A model generated the notes under the pieces. That model was not told the origin of the DNA and ran no database searches. It worked only from the letters and a program-made list of their open reading frames with translations. The translations under genes were made by a program, and so were the position numbers. DNA of 64,000 nucleotides from Lama guanicoe (taxonomy: Eukaryota). Every line of letters begins with the position of its first letter. Positions within the stretch are counted from its first letter, which is position 1. This document shows, one piece after another, positions 37,449 through 48,778 of the stretch. Where the stretch lies: positions 4,667,846-4,731,845 of the forward strand of contig MU056737.1 of the NCBI GenBank assembly GCA_013239625.1, given 5' to 3'.

Positions 37449-38219
37449 AGTCTGGCCAGCACCACGACGCCCCTGCATGACACGGAGACCAAGCCAGGTG
37501 CTCCCCGCCGGCCCTGCACGGCCCTTCCCGGGGCTCCCCACCAGGTCTACCAGGAGCAGTTTATCCAGAAGTCGGAAAATTCGCGTTTTGTCCTGGATCT
37601 CGGCAGCTTCGTGGGTAAAGATCCTGTAAGTGCACTTAACCTACCGTCCAGTTGAAAAACTCGTCATATTCGTGGAGAACAGCAGGTGTCCCTGTGCCAC
37701 GGGGATGGGGCTGAGGGGATTTCAACTTTCAAGAATCGTGATGAGAGAAGGTGGCAACCCAATGCAAACAACAAAAACTATTTACTTTTCATGTTTTCAT
37801 GAAAATACGCAGCTATCCAACAGGCCTGTAAGTGAGCCATCGCCATGCCTGTCTCTCCCTGCGACGTCTCACCGGACAGGTGCGGTCAGCCACAGCCCCG
37901 ACCCACGTGTCGAGCGCAGTTCTCTCCGATTTTCTCAGCCCCCGCTTGCCGGGGTCGTTCACTCAGGCGGCGGGTGTTGGGAGCACGTGTGTCTGTGTAG
38001 GGGAGGGGACTGCCGAGGGGATCCAACTTGACCCGAGGTCCTTTCAATCCAACTTGACTGTTAACAGGGAAACCGATCTGGCTGCAGACGTGAACTCCGT
38101 TATGAAGCGGGTGGACAGGGCCCTGTAACCCCAAAGGAGGGAAATTCAGTTGTAGGTCAGTTGATAATCGATCCTGGTGCTTCGAGTCAGGAGGGTGGAT
38201 GACATCTGTGACTTGTGGG

Positions 38220-38602
38220 TCCTGAGGGTCAAACTGCATCTCCCCAAAAGGTGTGTCACGGCCTAACCCTCAGCCCTGGGAGGAAGGGCTTCTTGGAAAC
38301 AGGGCCTTGCAGACGTGATCAGCTCAGGTGAGGCCATGACCAGCGTCTTTATGAGATGAGACACACAGGAAGGCTGTGAGGATGGATGCAGAGGCTGGAG
38401 GGAGGCAGCTCAAGTGTAGGACGCCAGCGACACCAGAGCTGAAAGAGGCAGGAAGGATCCACCCTGGCGGCTCCGGAGGGCGTGCGGCCCGAGATGCCCT
38501 GATCTTGGACTTCCGGCCCCCTGCCCTGGGGAGAGCGCATCTCTGCTCTTCTCAGCCCCGGCTTGGGGCACTTTGCCACTGCAGCCTTAGGACCCCGATA
38601 CC
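38220..38602 (+). mobile_element. ERVL-MaLR solo LTR, MLT1C-like
   Basis: cctaaccctcag...ttggaaacagggccttgcagacgtgatcag...gcagaggctggag...agaggcaggaaggatcc...tgatcttggacttccggcc...gcagccttagga. Confidence 0.75.
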
Positions 38603-39614
38603 CAGACCAGTGGTGGCCGCGGTCCGGGTGGGACCCTGACAGGCAGGACCCCGGTGGCTGAAGGCCCTCTGCCAGTTGTGGGAGGCCTGTGGGATCCGGG
38701 CAGACCAGAAGTCCAGTCTCGCAGATTGGCACTGATGGTGCCACATCTGGGGTGACACGTGGTGACAGGGGCACCAGAGACATCCCAGGGCCTCGTGGCC
38801 CCCACAGGGTGGTGCTTGTGGAGCAATTTCAGGGCCTGGAGTGGAGCCTCGGAGATGGCGCTGCACCCGGGAGTCCAGGGAAAGGGAGGAGGGAGGTTGG
38901 CTCTGCGGCCCACCCGACCCTGACGCCCCGACGCTGCCCAGAACCGAGCCCCACGAGGGCGGTTCCTCCAGCACCAGCTGCCCTTCCCTCCTGGAACTGC
39001 TCTAGTTACATGCAGGGCATACGTTTCACTGCTGATTGAACACTAGGGGCGTTTACGCTGGAGAACTGGGCCCAGCTTCAGGGGCACCTCAGTGAGGTGG
39101 ACCCCGTTCTCACTGCAGGAGAGACGTGGACACACGCGGACGCACCGAGTACCTCCAAGCCGCACTCCCCTCCGCGGAGCTCGCCGGCGTGGCACAGGCC
39201 GCGTGTCTGCTCTGACACGAGGTTGCTTTGAACTTAGCATTTGATTATATTTTCTGTTGTATCGATTACTAATTACTCCATATGGCTGAAAAAGAATTTT
39301 TGTTAAGCCCATGGATTGAGCTACGGCAGGTACTCAAACCGGCAGTTGAAGGATCAGCTCCGTTGCAGGGAGACTGGCCTGGGGTGGGAACGGGCTGCGG
39401 ACGGGCCACGCGTGGCTGCCTTGGGGCCAGCACAGAGGGGAGCCCCCGGTATTCCGGTGGCAGCAGATCAGGTGGGCACGGTGGGCAGGGAGAAGCCTTT
39501 TCCAGAGTAATGCACCTTCCGCGGAGATGTCAGAGCAGGGAGAGAGCAGAGGGACGACCCCTGGAGCAGACGGCGCAGACGCGCGAGCCCAGGAGGGGCG
39601 TCAGGCCCCGGGTC

Positions 39615-39770
39615 AGTCTGTCCCAAGGGTTCACCGAGCCCCTGCCGTGTGCCTGGCATCATGCTCAAGGCGGGAGATGCGGGTGATTACCACGCGTATG
39701 GCTTCACTCTTGAGCTCACGGACAAGAGAGACAGACGTGGACTGAGTCACTCAGACGCTTGGGGACGTTA
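39615..39770 (-). mobile_element. L2 3' end fragment
   Basis: ttcaccgagcccctgccgtgtgcctggcatcatgctc...gagctcacggacaagagagacagac is a GC-shifted reverse complement of an L2 tail. Confidence 0.5.
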
Positions 39771-39902
39771 CGGAAAAGCCGGGTGGGGGAGGCAGGGACT
39801 CTGGGCTCCTCCACCCTCTGGACTCTGGATCCCTGGGATGGGGGTTCCTGACAGCGCAGCCATCCAGCGGAGTGGGGGGGGTCTCGCACAACCAGCTCGC
39901 TG

Positions 39903-40180
39903 TGTGTGGGCTAAGCTGTGTCCCCCAAAGTGGGCAATGTTGGCATTCTGACCCTCAGGACTTCAGGATGTGACCTTAACCGAGGGGATCATGGTACAGT
40001 GAGGTCACTGGGGGGGGGGGAGCCTGAGCCCCTGGGTCGTGGGGCTGTGTGACTGCAGCCCCAGCAAAGAGATGTCCCACTCACCCCTCCCCTGGGAGGA
40101 CGTGGAGCAGCAGCTCCCGTGGGAACCCAGAGGGTGCAGGTCTGTCGCTGGAAGACCAGGAGCCAACTCTGAAGCCACCC
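39903..40180 (+). mobile_element. MLT1 LTR fragment
   Basis: tgtgtgggctaagctgtgtcccccaaa...ctgaccctcaggacttcaggatgtgacctta resembles an MLT1 5' end. The 3' part is decayed. Confidence 0.55.
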
Positions 40181-42809
40181 CCTCGGTGGCTGCACTTCCA
40201 AGTGACAGGAGCCAGCAGGGTCCTCTAACCAACAGGCGGAAGTCAAAGCCGATGTGGTTCCATTCAGGGAAGGAGACACGGGCTCTGGGGTTGGCCGCCC
40301 GCAGGGCAGCCTGACCACCGTCGCTGCTCTTGACCTCCCTGTGCCGGTTCCTCGTCTGTGACGTGTGCCCACCTCGCGGGGCCAGGGCGAGGACGCCCGT
40401 GCGGCGCCCAGGACAGCGCCTGGGGGGTGAGCCTGGGTCGCACTGTGGGGAGCCTGCCTTGTGTGTCTTCCTTGAAGTCTCTCCACTCCTTCAAGCAATT
40501 TCAAGTCTTACGGGCTGAGGAGTGAACACGGGTTTCTGGGATATTACATTCTGAGGGCTCTCGGGGGTCTCCCTGGAGTTCAGCTTTTTAAATGAAAAAT
40601 TAACTGCTAACCGCCCCGGAGAGGAGGCAGCGGGAACCACCTGGCACTGTGTTGCAGGGACCCTCCGCGTCTCGGGGGGGCCCGTCCAGGCCCCGCCCAG
40701 ACAGAGCGCGGGACACACATCACACACTTTCCACGAAAACGCAGCTGGGGTGTCAGAAGGGGGGGCTGCCGCAGCCACAGGCAGGCAACACTCATTTCAT
40801 CTGACGTGACTATTTGCTCCGATGGTGAATAAAAACTGAATTTGTCACTATAGCAACTGCCTCATCGCAGGGCCCCTCTCCTGCCTTAAATCATGAGAAG
40901 TATTGAAAAGACGTCCGTGGGCCCACGTGACGTGGACTTCACACGGCATCTGAGAAGGAAACGTCGCTTCACAATGAACTTGTATTTGTCACTATGCCGT
41001 GGGCAGTTAATTACATCGAACACATTTTTGTGTGATTTTCTTCACTCCTGAGCAATAAGAAAATAGTATGAAGAGCAGCCAGGGCTGCGCTGGGGGTGCC
41101 GGGGGGGGGCGGGGCTCCGGGGGCCGTCCAGCGACCGTCCACAGAGGGAGGTGACCACAGAAGCGCTGGAAGCCCAGTGGCCCCTGAGCTCTGACCTTTA
41201 CCCACCGCTCAGTGCGGGGACCCCCAGAGCGGTCTGGACAGGCCCCTGAAAACGTTTCAGTGCATTTTCATGTGGGTTTCCCTTTCCAAACACAATTAGG
41301 AATATTTACAGGTAAGCAGGCCTTTCTTAGAGCTGATGTACTTTTTGCGTTTAGAAGAAAAAATACCAGTTTTCTCCGTCCAGAAACACAGACCAGAATA
41401 AAGTACGGCGACCACGCACACAGTGACAGTGCTGGGAGCCGGGCTCTGGGGCCGCCAGGCCTACGTGAACGGGCAGAGAGGCCCACGCGGCCAGGAGGGG
41501 GACGCCCAGCTCCCTCACAGGCCCCAGGGCCCGTGGCCCCCAGCACAGATTCTGTCCCCAAGCCCTCCCACACCCCGGAGCTGAGTGGGCCTTGCGGGTG
41601 CGGATGCCGCGAATCCCTGGACTGCCCGCGTCTGGGGTCCCAGACCTCCCTGGTCCGCTGGTGTCCACCTTCTGTCCTCCGGTCACAGCTGGCCTGTGGC
41701 TGGATGGGAAGGGAGCCTTGGGACGGGGGAGGGCCAACCACATGCCCCTCTAAGGAGCCGCAAAGTCTTCACCACGGGTTCGGCCGGTCCTTGCAAACAC
41801 GCCAGCAGCACCTCAGACGCAGCTTGTGGCCTCGTTCCCCAGGAGCCCCGCTGGCGCCGACATCTCTGGCTCACTCAGCAATGCGTGCTCGGATGCACTG
41901 CCTCCTTCAGCCAGTCCCGAGTCTGCTGCCTCTTCTCCCTCCTGACAAGACCACCTTGTCATGACCCCTCGTTGGCCCATCGCCGCACGGGACACCCTCC
42001 CCACCCCTCCTGCTCCTCTGCTGCCCACACACCCAGGGCCCTTCCTGTTGAACTCCAAATACGGGTCTGGATCCCAACCCGGGACATTTTTAATTACTTA
42101 CTATGTCCTGCCCATGTACATGCAGTGTCATATACGACCTTCACAGAAGTGGGGCCAACTGGCTCCCGTCCCAGTTCAGTGACCCCCCTTCCTGGCCTCC
42201 TAGACGCCTGCCCGCGATCCCTCCTCAGACGAAGCAGGTTCTTCACGGCGCATGCTTCCCCTGACAAACTCCCTGTCTGGAGAACGCCCAGTCTCACGGG
42301 AGCTCAGCCCACATCCCCACCTGTAGCCATAAACCTCACGGCCCTTCGTGGACGCCAAACCTCTTACCTCACCGACAGCCAATCAGAGGCTTGCACACAA
42401 GCCGCTGGAGCACCCCGTGGCCCCTCGGGACCTGTGTGACCCCCCTAAGGAAAGACCTCAGCCACTGGCCCTCGGGGCGCACGCAGGCACCTGTCGGCTG
42501 CGCGGCCGCTGCTGCCTGTGGCAGCGTATCTGTTACGCCGCTTCTTAGCCTCTTAAATTTTCCCTTGTCTCTGGTACATGCACCGGCCGGCCGTATCCCC
42601 CAGCAACCCAGGAGCCGCAGTGGCTCACGCGGCGGTGTGTCCTCGTGCGTCCTCACGTGTTTAAAGACGAGTATGTGCCCACTTCCTCTGGCTGCATGTT
42701 TTGTCTTTATTAAAATCGTGAAAACTGGTATTGAAGATAACGTGACAAAGAACCACACACACTGAACCGACAGCCTCCTCCTGGTTTCGCTCTTTTCCTA
42801 GAATCACGT

Positions 42810-42916
42810 GGGTGGAACCACTGGGGCAGACTCGGCGACGTGTACACAGGACATCTCTGTGCCGTCTTTACGACTTCCTCTGAATCTATAATGATTTCAG
42901 AAGCAAAGTTTAAAAA
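42810..42916 (+). mobile_element. L1MC-like 3' end fragment
   Basis: accactggggcagactcggcgacgtgtacacaggacatctctgtgccgtctttacgacttcctctgaatctataatgatttcagaagcaaagtttaaaaa. Confidence 0.7.
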
Positions 42917-43944
42917 TGGCATTAACAAAATTTCGGGAAAGGAGAAACCTCACTCAGAACCCCCAGCCCGTTCCAGGACGGGCCTCCCCCACACCTGGTC
43001 CTCCGTCCCGCGTCTGAGCGCAGAGCTCCCTGAGTTCAGGCTCGCCACAGCGACCTTCAGTGGAGCCCCCCGATTCTGTTACGTGATGACAGTGATGTGA
43101 TTAGTGGCCCCCACTGGCTCGGTATCAGGGCAGTTCTGTTTTTCCCAAAGCCCGTGTCTTCGTCTTCCAGCCGTGAACGCTCCTCTTGAGCTAAGTTTCT
43201 GGGAGCACGATCACCGGGCTGAGGGGTGAGAGGGTTCACAGGCTGTGGCTTCTCACGGTCCTGCTGGTTTCTGAGAACTGGGCATTGAGTTTGAGCACCT
43301 CTGGTCTTTACTAAAGAAACCGAGACTGTCACCTGTGAGCCACCTCTGTCACCGCCTCAGGGACGAGGCTCTGGACTAGACTCTGGGGGGAGGTTAGGGT
43401 GTCTGCCGGCTCCTCACTCGGGTCCACTTGTCCCCCGCCTCCCCGCACGGGGCTTCCTGTCTCGGCGCAAACTCCCTTTGGCCGCAGAGCCGCACGGAGC
43501 CGCGCGCAGTGCTTCAGGTCGGGGCTGCACCACCTGCGGGCCCTGCCCGAACACCTGCAGGAATTTACTGAGTGCGACGAAGGCAGGTGCCCCTTCCACC
43601 CACCGCGTGAAAAGGGACACTTGTGGGCTGGACCACGCCCCCTCGACCTGACGACCACGGGGAGCTCTGCCCCGGTTCCCCCAGGGGGTTTACCGTGGTG
43701 CCTCCTTCACTTTGGAAAGGCCCCTCGACACCAGGTCATTCCTGAGTCCATGCGACTGCAAATGGGCATCTGGGGACCTGGCGGGACACTGGCTCGGCCT
43801 GAGCATCCCTGTGACTCGGGCCATCACCGCCTGCATTTCTGCCCCCGGCCTGGCCCACGTCTGCTCGTAACACCCAGCTCCTCTCAGGGGCTCCCGAGAC
43901 CACTGGACTCAGGTTTTGATGAAGCCGTTTAGAGTAGTGGCTTT

Positions 43945-44186
43945 GGGGTGGGGAGGGTTAAATCTGGGAGTCTGAGGTTTGCAAAGGTTAACCACTGTGC
44001 ATAAAACAGATGAAAAACAAACCTCTTCTGTAGAGCACAGAGAACTACATCCAGTATCTTACAACCACCTTCAATGAAAGAGAACTGAAAGCGTGTATGT
44101 GTGTGTACATGCATGACGGGGACACTGGGCTGCACGCCGGAAACCAACACACGGTAACCGACTGCACTTCAGTAAAAGATGAATAA
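43945..44186 (+). mobile_element. 5'-truncated cetartiodactyl/camelid-type L1 3' end
   Basis: ggggtggggagggttaaatctgggagtctgaggtttgcaaa...cttctgtagagcacagagaactacatccagtatctt...gcatgacggggacactgggctgcacgccggaaacc...ctgcacttcagtaaaa. Confidence 0.8.
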
Positions 44187-47100
44187 CCAGGGTGCGGAGC
44201 AGCGGCTTCTCCCCCGCCAGACGGGCAATGACCAAGTGGTGCCTGGGGAACACCCGTCCTGCATCCCTGTCCCACCCGCTGGGCCTCCAGGTGACGACCG
44301 TTGGGGACGCGCACGCCCGCCAGCACACACCTCACATAACGAGGTCACTTCATTCCTGGAGGAGGAACAGACTGGAGACTCGAGACTCTTAGGGGACTTT
44401 GGGGCTCGGCACAGTCTTGGCCACAAAATCCTTTCCTTGTACAGAGAAACCCACAGCCCAAAAGTGACAGAGGCAGGGGCGGACCTGGTTAAACCGGGGA
44501 GTGGACAGCGTGCGGGGCTGGCTCCGAGCCCTCCTGCCCTCCCCCAGCTAAACTCCCGAACCCGGGGCCCTTTGAAGTATCTGAGAACCACGTCTGACAT
44601 CACACTGCACTGGTGATGGGTCCTGGACATGCTGCCCCCAATGTGGCACCATTCTGGGCCGAAGGTCCCTCCTTCCTGCCCACCCTTCTCCCCGGAGCAG
44701 ATGTAGGACCCTCATGGGAGAGGTGCCCCCTGAACCTGGAGGAAAGGACCTCCTTATCTCTGAGAAGATTCTGGGCAAACAGACCCCCCGCCCCCGTTTG
44801 CTGCAGACCCAGCGTTTCTCCAAGGCCACCCCGCCCTTACCATCCCCAGCACGAAGGCTCCGTGTGCCCACCAGGGACCTTCACCTCCAGGCCCGCACGC
44901 CCCCCAGTCACACAAAACAGCAAATAGAGGTGGTGCTTTGCCCTTGTTCATCTGTCTTGGCCAGATTAATTTTCAGAGCCAATCAGCAGCCCTACAAGGC
45001 TCCGGGAACACTTTCTCCTCCCTCTTCCAGAATCTGAGCGGGCGGCCCCTCCCTCCTGCCTGAGCCTGCGGTGAGGGGCTCGTCACCGCCACCGCCGAGG
45101 TGGAGCCCTCCCTGCGCTGAGCCCCAGGGCCGCCGCTCCTCCCACTGAGCTGCTGGGCAGGTCCATGGCACCGTGTCTGTCACACTGATGAGAAACCAGG
45201 ACGTGACTGGTTTCAGACACACTTACGGAGCCACACTCGCGAGTCTGCTCTCCTGGTGACACCGCCTCAATTACTTCTCTTCCAAATATTTGAGTTTTTC
45301 TTTGTAATGTTATAATTTTCCTTTGGAAGACACGTGACTTTATTAATTTGAAAAAATGAGAACACTTTCAAGATATCGGAAATTAGATTTTGAAACACGT
45401 CAAAATACCACCGATCTATCAGGAACTGTAATCTGTTCATTTCCTTTAGATTTTGTTTTGAGACGTTTCCATTTGGCTTAAAAGGTTTTAATGCCGCTAT
45501 CTGTCATCACACGCTGAGTCCCAAGCACCAGGGAGAGACCCTGTGGATGCTGCCAGACTTCTAGCAGAGACCGAGCTTACCTTCCAGAGTCAGGAATTAG
45601 CAGAGACATTCATACCAAATGCATTTCAAAAAAAAAAAAATCAGAAACATCAAAATCAGGCTCAGTCCTGCACAAGGCTATGAAAATCAGAGAAAGGACT
45701 ACTGTTAGCTTTTTAAAGACATTGCAACTTGCCCCTCTACTCCCATTTTCACTTCCCCAAACCTGCTCCAAATGCACGGACGCCTCTTGTCTCTGTCCAG
45801 ACTGGAGACCGGTCAGAAGAAGCTACGTGGAATGTGGGAACCTGGGCTTGAGAACCATCAGGATGACCTCAGACAACTTCAAAGGTGAGAGCAATACTGC
45901 CTTTGAAATGCAACACTGCCATGTGGAAAAGGACAGGGGGCGGAGAGCCGGTCTCCAGATATTTGTGGGTCCAGGGAACCTCTGGGGACCCCTCACTGTC
46001 AGGGAGAGCCAGGGCTGGGCGAGCCTCTCACCGCCACGCTTCCATTAGTGGATGAAATAAATGGGCTGCGGTTTGGTCCTTGTCTGCCCCCGGGGAGGGT
46101 GAGGTCAGGCTTCTGGCCACTTGGGGCCAGAGAGGAAGCAGAGGAGACTGGACGAGGACGCAGGGGCCGTGCAGTGGGTGTGGGGGGGTCTGCCCTGCCC
46201 TGCGCACTCCCCCAGCAGCCCACCGGTCTAGGCAGAACCTCCGCGCCCGCACGCAAGAAGGGCAGGCACCCGGAACAGTGACCCTCCGCGGTTAAGAGAC
46301 GGCGGGCAAGCCGGCGTCACGAGTCGGGTCCTCCCAGGTCCCAGACGGCACTTCCCCAGCTGAAGCGACACCGTCTCCACCCAGGAGCCGGGAGCCTGGG
46401 CGGAGCCAGGCTGTGGCAGGACGCCCAGAGCCCGGCACTGCCCCGGCTGGGTCCACACCTGGCAGGTCTCCAGGGACAGACGTGCAGGGGCTGGTGTCTG
46501 CGCGTGTGTGGATCACAGTGAACCGGCTGGGGCTGGAGGTGTGACCTGGGGTCATCACCGTACACGTAACATAAAACCCCGAGGCCTGGGTGAGCTCCCT
46601 TGGGGGCGAGGGAGGAATCAGGAATAGGATCCAATGATGGGGGGGGTGTCTCAGCACAACCAGCCTCAGAAAGGAGGCCAGTCAGCAACTCCGGGAGGGC
46701 AGGGAATCTGCGCGCAGGAAGTGACTCTGGTGCCGGGAGCTGAGGCCCTGGGGACGCCCTGAATGGTAGGACCAGGCCTGGTGGGTGTCAGGAGAAGCCG
46801 CGGGGTGCGGACACAGTCTGGGAGAAGTCTTTCTGTGAAGGTGGCGGGTGAGAAGGCCTGGCTGGGGAGAGACTGGTGTCCAGGCGGCTGAGCACCTTAC
46901 TGAGGTGGGAAATACTGCAGCAGATCTGTGTGCCGACATTACTCAGCCAGAAGGACGGAGCAGCGATGGCACAGGAGAGAGAGGGGGCCCGACCGGGTGG
47001 CAGGAGGCGGCCCCAAAGCGAGGTGGGAGCAGGCGCCTCGCCCCAGGCCAGGGGCCCCAGTGTTCACTGGGCAGCGGTCCGATGAGGGAGGGGCAGGGCC

Positions 47101-48713
47101 TCCGCGCAGTGAAACAGGCGTCCGCGTCACAGACGGGATGACCACGCACGCACGCGCAGGGCGGCTGCCTGGGTGAGGAGACCTGACCTCCGCGGTTATG
47201 GCTTTCGAGTGAGACGATCAGCAGAGCGAGGAGATGACGCGAGGACGGCCAGTGGGGCGGGCACAGGAGGACCCACTGCTGGTCCTGCCCCTCCCCGCCC
47301 CTCCAGCCCTTCCACAGACACGGTGGGCCCAGCCCAGCCCGCTGTCCCTGTGTGGCCGGAACTCCGCCCAGGGGGGGCGGATTCTCAGCACCAGAGCATC
47401 CTTTGACTGGGCCGCCCTGATGGCCTCACCCCAAGCCAGTCTGGATGCGTTCCCAGTCTCTGGACACCACGTGGCACCAAACAGGATCCCACTGGACGGG
47501 GCTGAGGGGGCAGGAGAAGAGGGGCTGAGGATCCGAGCTCTCCATCCCGGGCGCGGGTCCTCACAGCCACCTGGCCCTTCCCACCACTGTCCCCGCACCT
47601 CCACGGGTACACATGGTCTTGGGGCCCCACAGACCCCTCGGCCTCTCCCCACCCTCACGGGTTGCTAAAGTCACACACAGCGCATTTTGGGTTTCGGCCG
47701 GAAAAGACCAGGATGCCCTCCGCTGCCAAACCGTTCATCAGGCCGGCCCTCCCCGCGCTGACGCGTCTCTGCGGTCTCCGGTCTCCTGCCTGCGCTTGGC
47801 AAGGAGCCCCCGCCCCTACTTGCCAGGCAGGGAGCCTCCGTCTAACAAGAACCGGCGGTTGAGTGAGTTCTCATTTCAGGAGCCAGACTCACAGCCACTG
47901 AACAAGGGCTTCCCCAGGAGAGGAAGACAGTGGCCGATCTCCGAGTGGCTCCGGGAGGAACCTGCTGCGGGCCAGGAGCGCCGTGAACAAGCGCACTTCA
48001 TGTTAATTAACCGCCAGGCCGTGAAGCCGAGCCCTGCAGACGCGGCGCAGGTCGGTTTCGGGCCGCGCTGACTTCCGAGTGGCCGCACACCGCCCCTGAG
48101 AGGGAGCACGCCCGCCCGCGTGAGTGCAACTCACCGCGGGGCCCGAGACCGGGCACCCGCGTACCGGGTCCCTGGGGCTCAGCGCCGTCAGCCCTCACTG
48201 CTGACGGGGCGTTTGGCCAAGGGCCCCCTTCTGACGCCCGCACAGCAGCGTCAGGACAAGGCCCTGGATTCGCCGCAGAGACACTCTCCTTGCACGCTGC
48301 CCCCACCCCACACACGTCTTTAACAAGGAAGATACAAGTGCCCCCCCGGCCCCAGAGAAGAGCCATTTCTCTCGGCTACAAACTCAGCAACTGTGGACCA
48401 TCTGAAGAAGGAAGTACAGGTTTCCAAAAGTTCCAACCTTTCCTTAGCCACAACTGTTGTTTCTCGGGGAGACACCAAATTGCAATTTCAAAGGTAACCA
48501 AAACCAAAACTGTCCAATTAGCCAGGCATCGTGGAATGGCATCTCAGCCAATGGGAGGACCGACCTGGCCCCAGCCAGCGGCTCCTCTGCTAACGCAGCA
48601 TGACGTCGCGTGGACAGACCCTCCCACTGTCCCCCGGCCGGTGCTCGCCTGGCCTCTCCCCCGAGACCACACGGCCGCCTGGGTGTCTCAGCAGACAGCC
48701 TGCAGCTACTCAC

Positions 48714-48778
48714 CGAGCCGACTCCCGTCTGAAGGATCTTCAGTCCTGACACTTCTTCCAGTTTCTCCTTGTTGTCAG
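48714..48778 (-). CDS. PTPRN2: Internal coding exon of receptor-type tyrosine-protein phosphatase N2 (IA-2beta/phogrin), end of the membrane-proximal SEA-like ectodomain; probably the orthologue of human exon 12
   Basis: Minus strand reads ctcttgcttcttaatttctcctaacag|CT GAC AAC AAG GAG AAA CTG GAA GAA GTG TCA GGA CTG AAG ATC CTT CAG ACG GGA GTC GGC TCG|gtgagt. It has a strong polypyrimidine acceptor and a consensus donor, is 65 nt long, and runs phase 1 to phase 0. The peptide [22 protein letters not shown] matches my recall of human PTPRN2 ([28 protein letters not shown]). The ORF track 48444..48752 captures part of it. Confidence 0.93.

Larger units (their letters stand above)
1..48713 (-). 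other. PTPRN2: PTPRN2 intron downstream of the exon (5' part only; the next, transmembrane-encoding exon is outside the window)
   Basis: Starts with GTGAGT at 48713-48708 on the minus strand. I saw no KSKLKF or transmembrane-segment exon in the ORF track or by reading. PTPRN2 is known for very large introns. Confidence 0.8.

Noticed and set aside
37540-38130. Short peptides (VYQEQFIQKSENSRFVLDLGSF, IFTHEAAEIQDK, ETDLAADVNSVMKRVDRAL) suggesting a nested gene
   Set aside because: They lie on conflicting strands, form no consistent exon chain and match no family I recognise.
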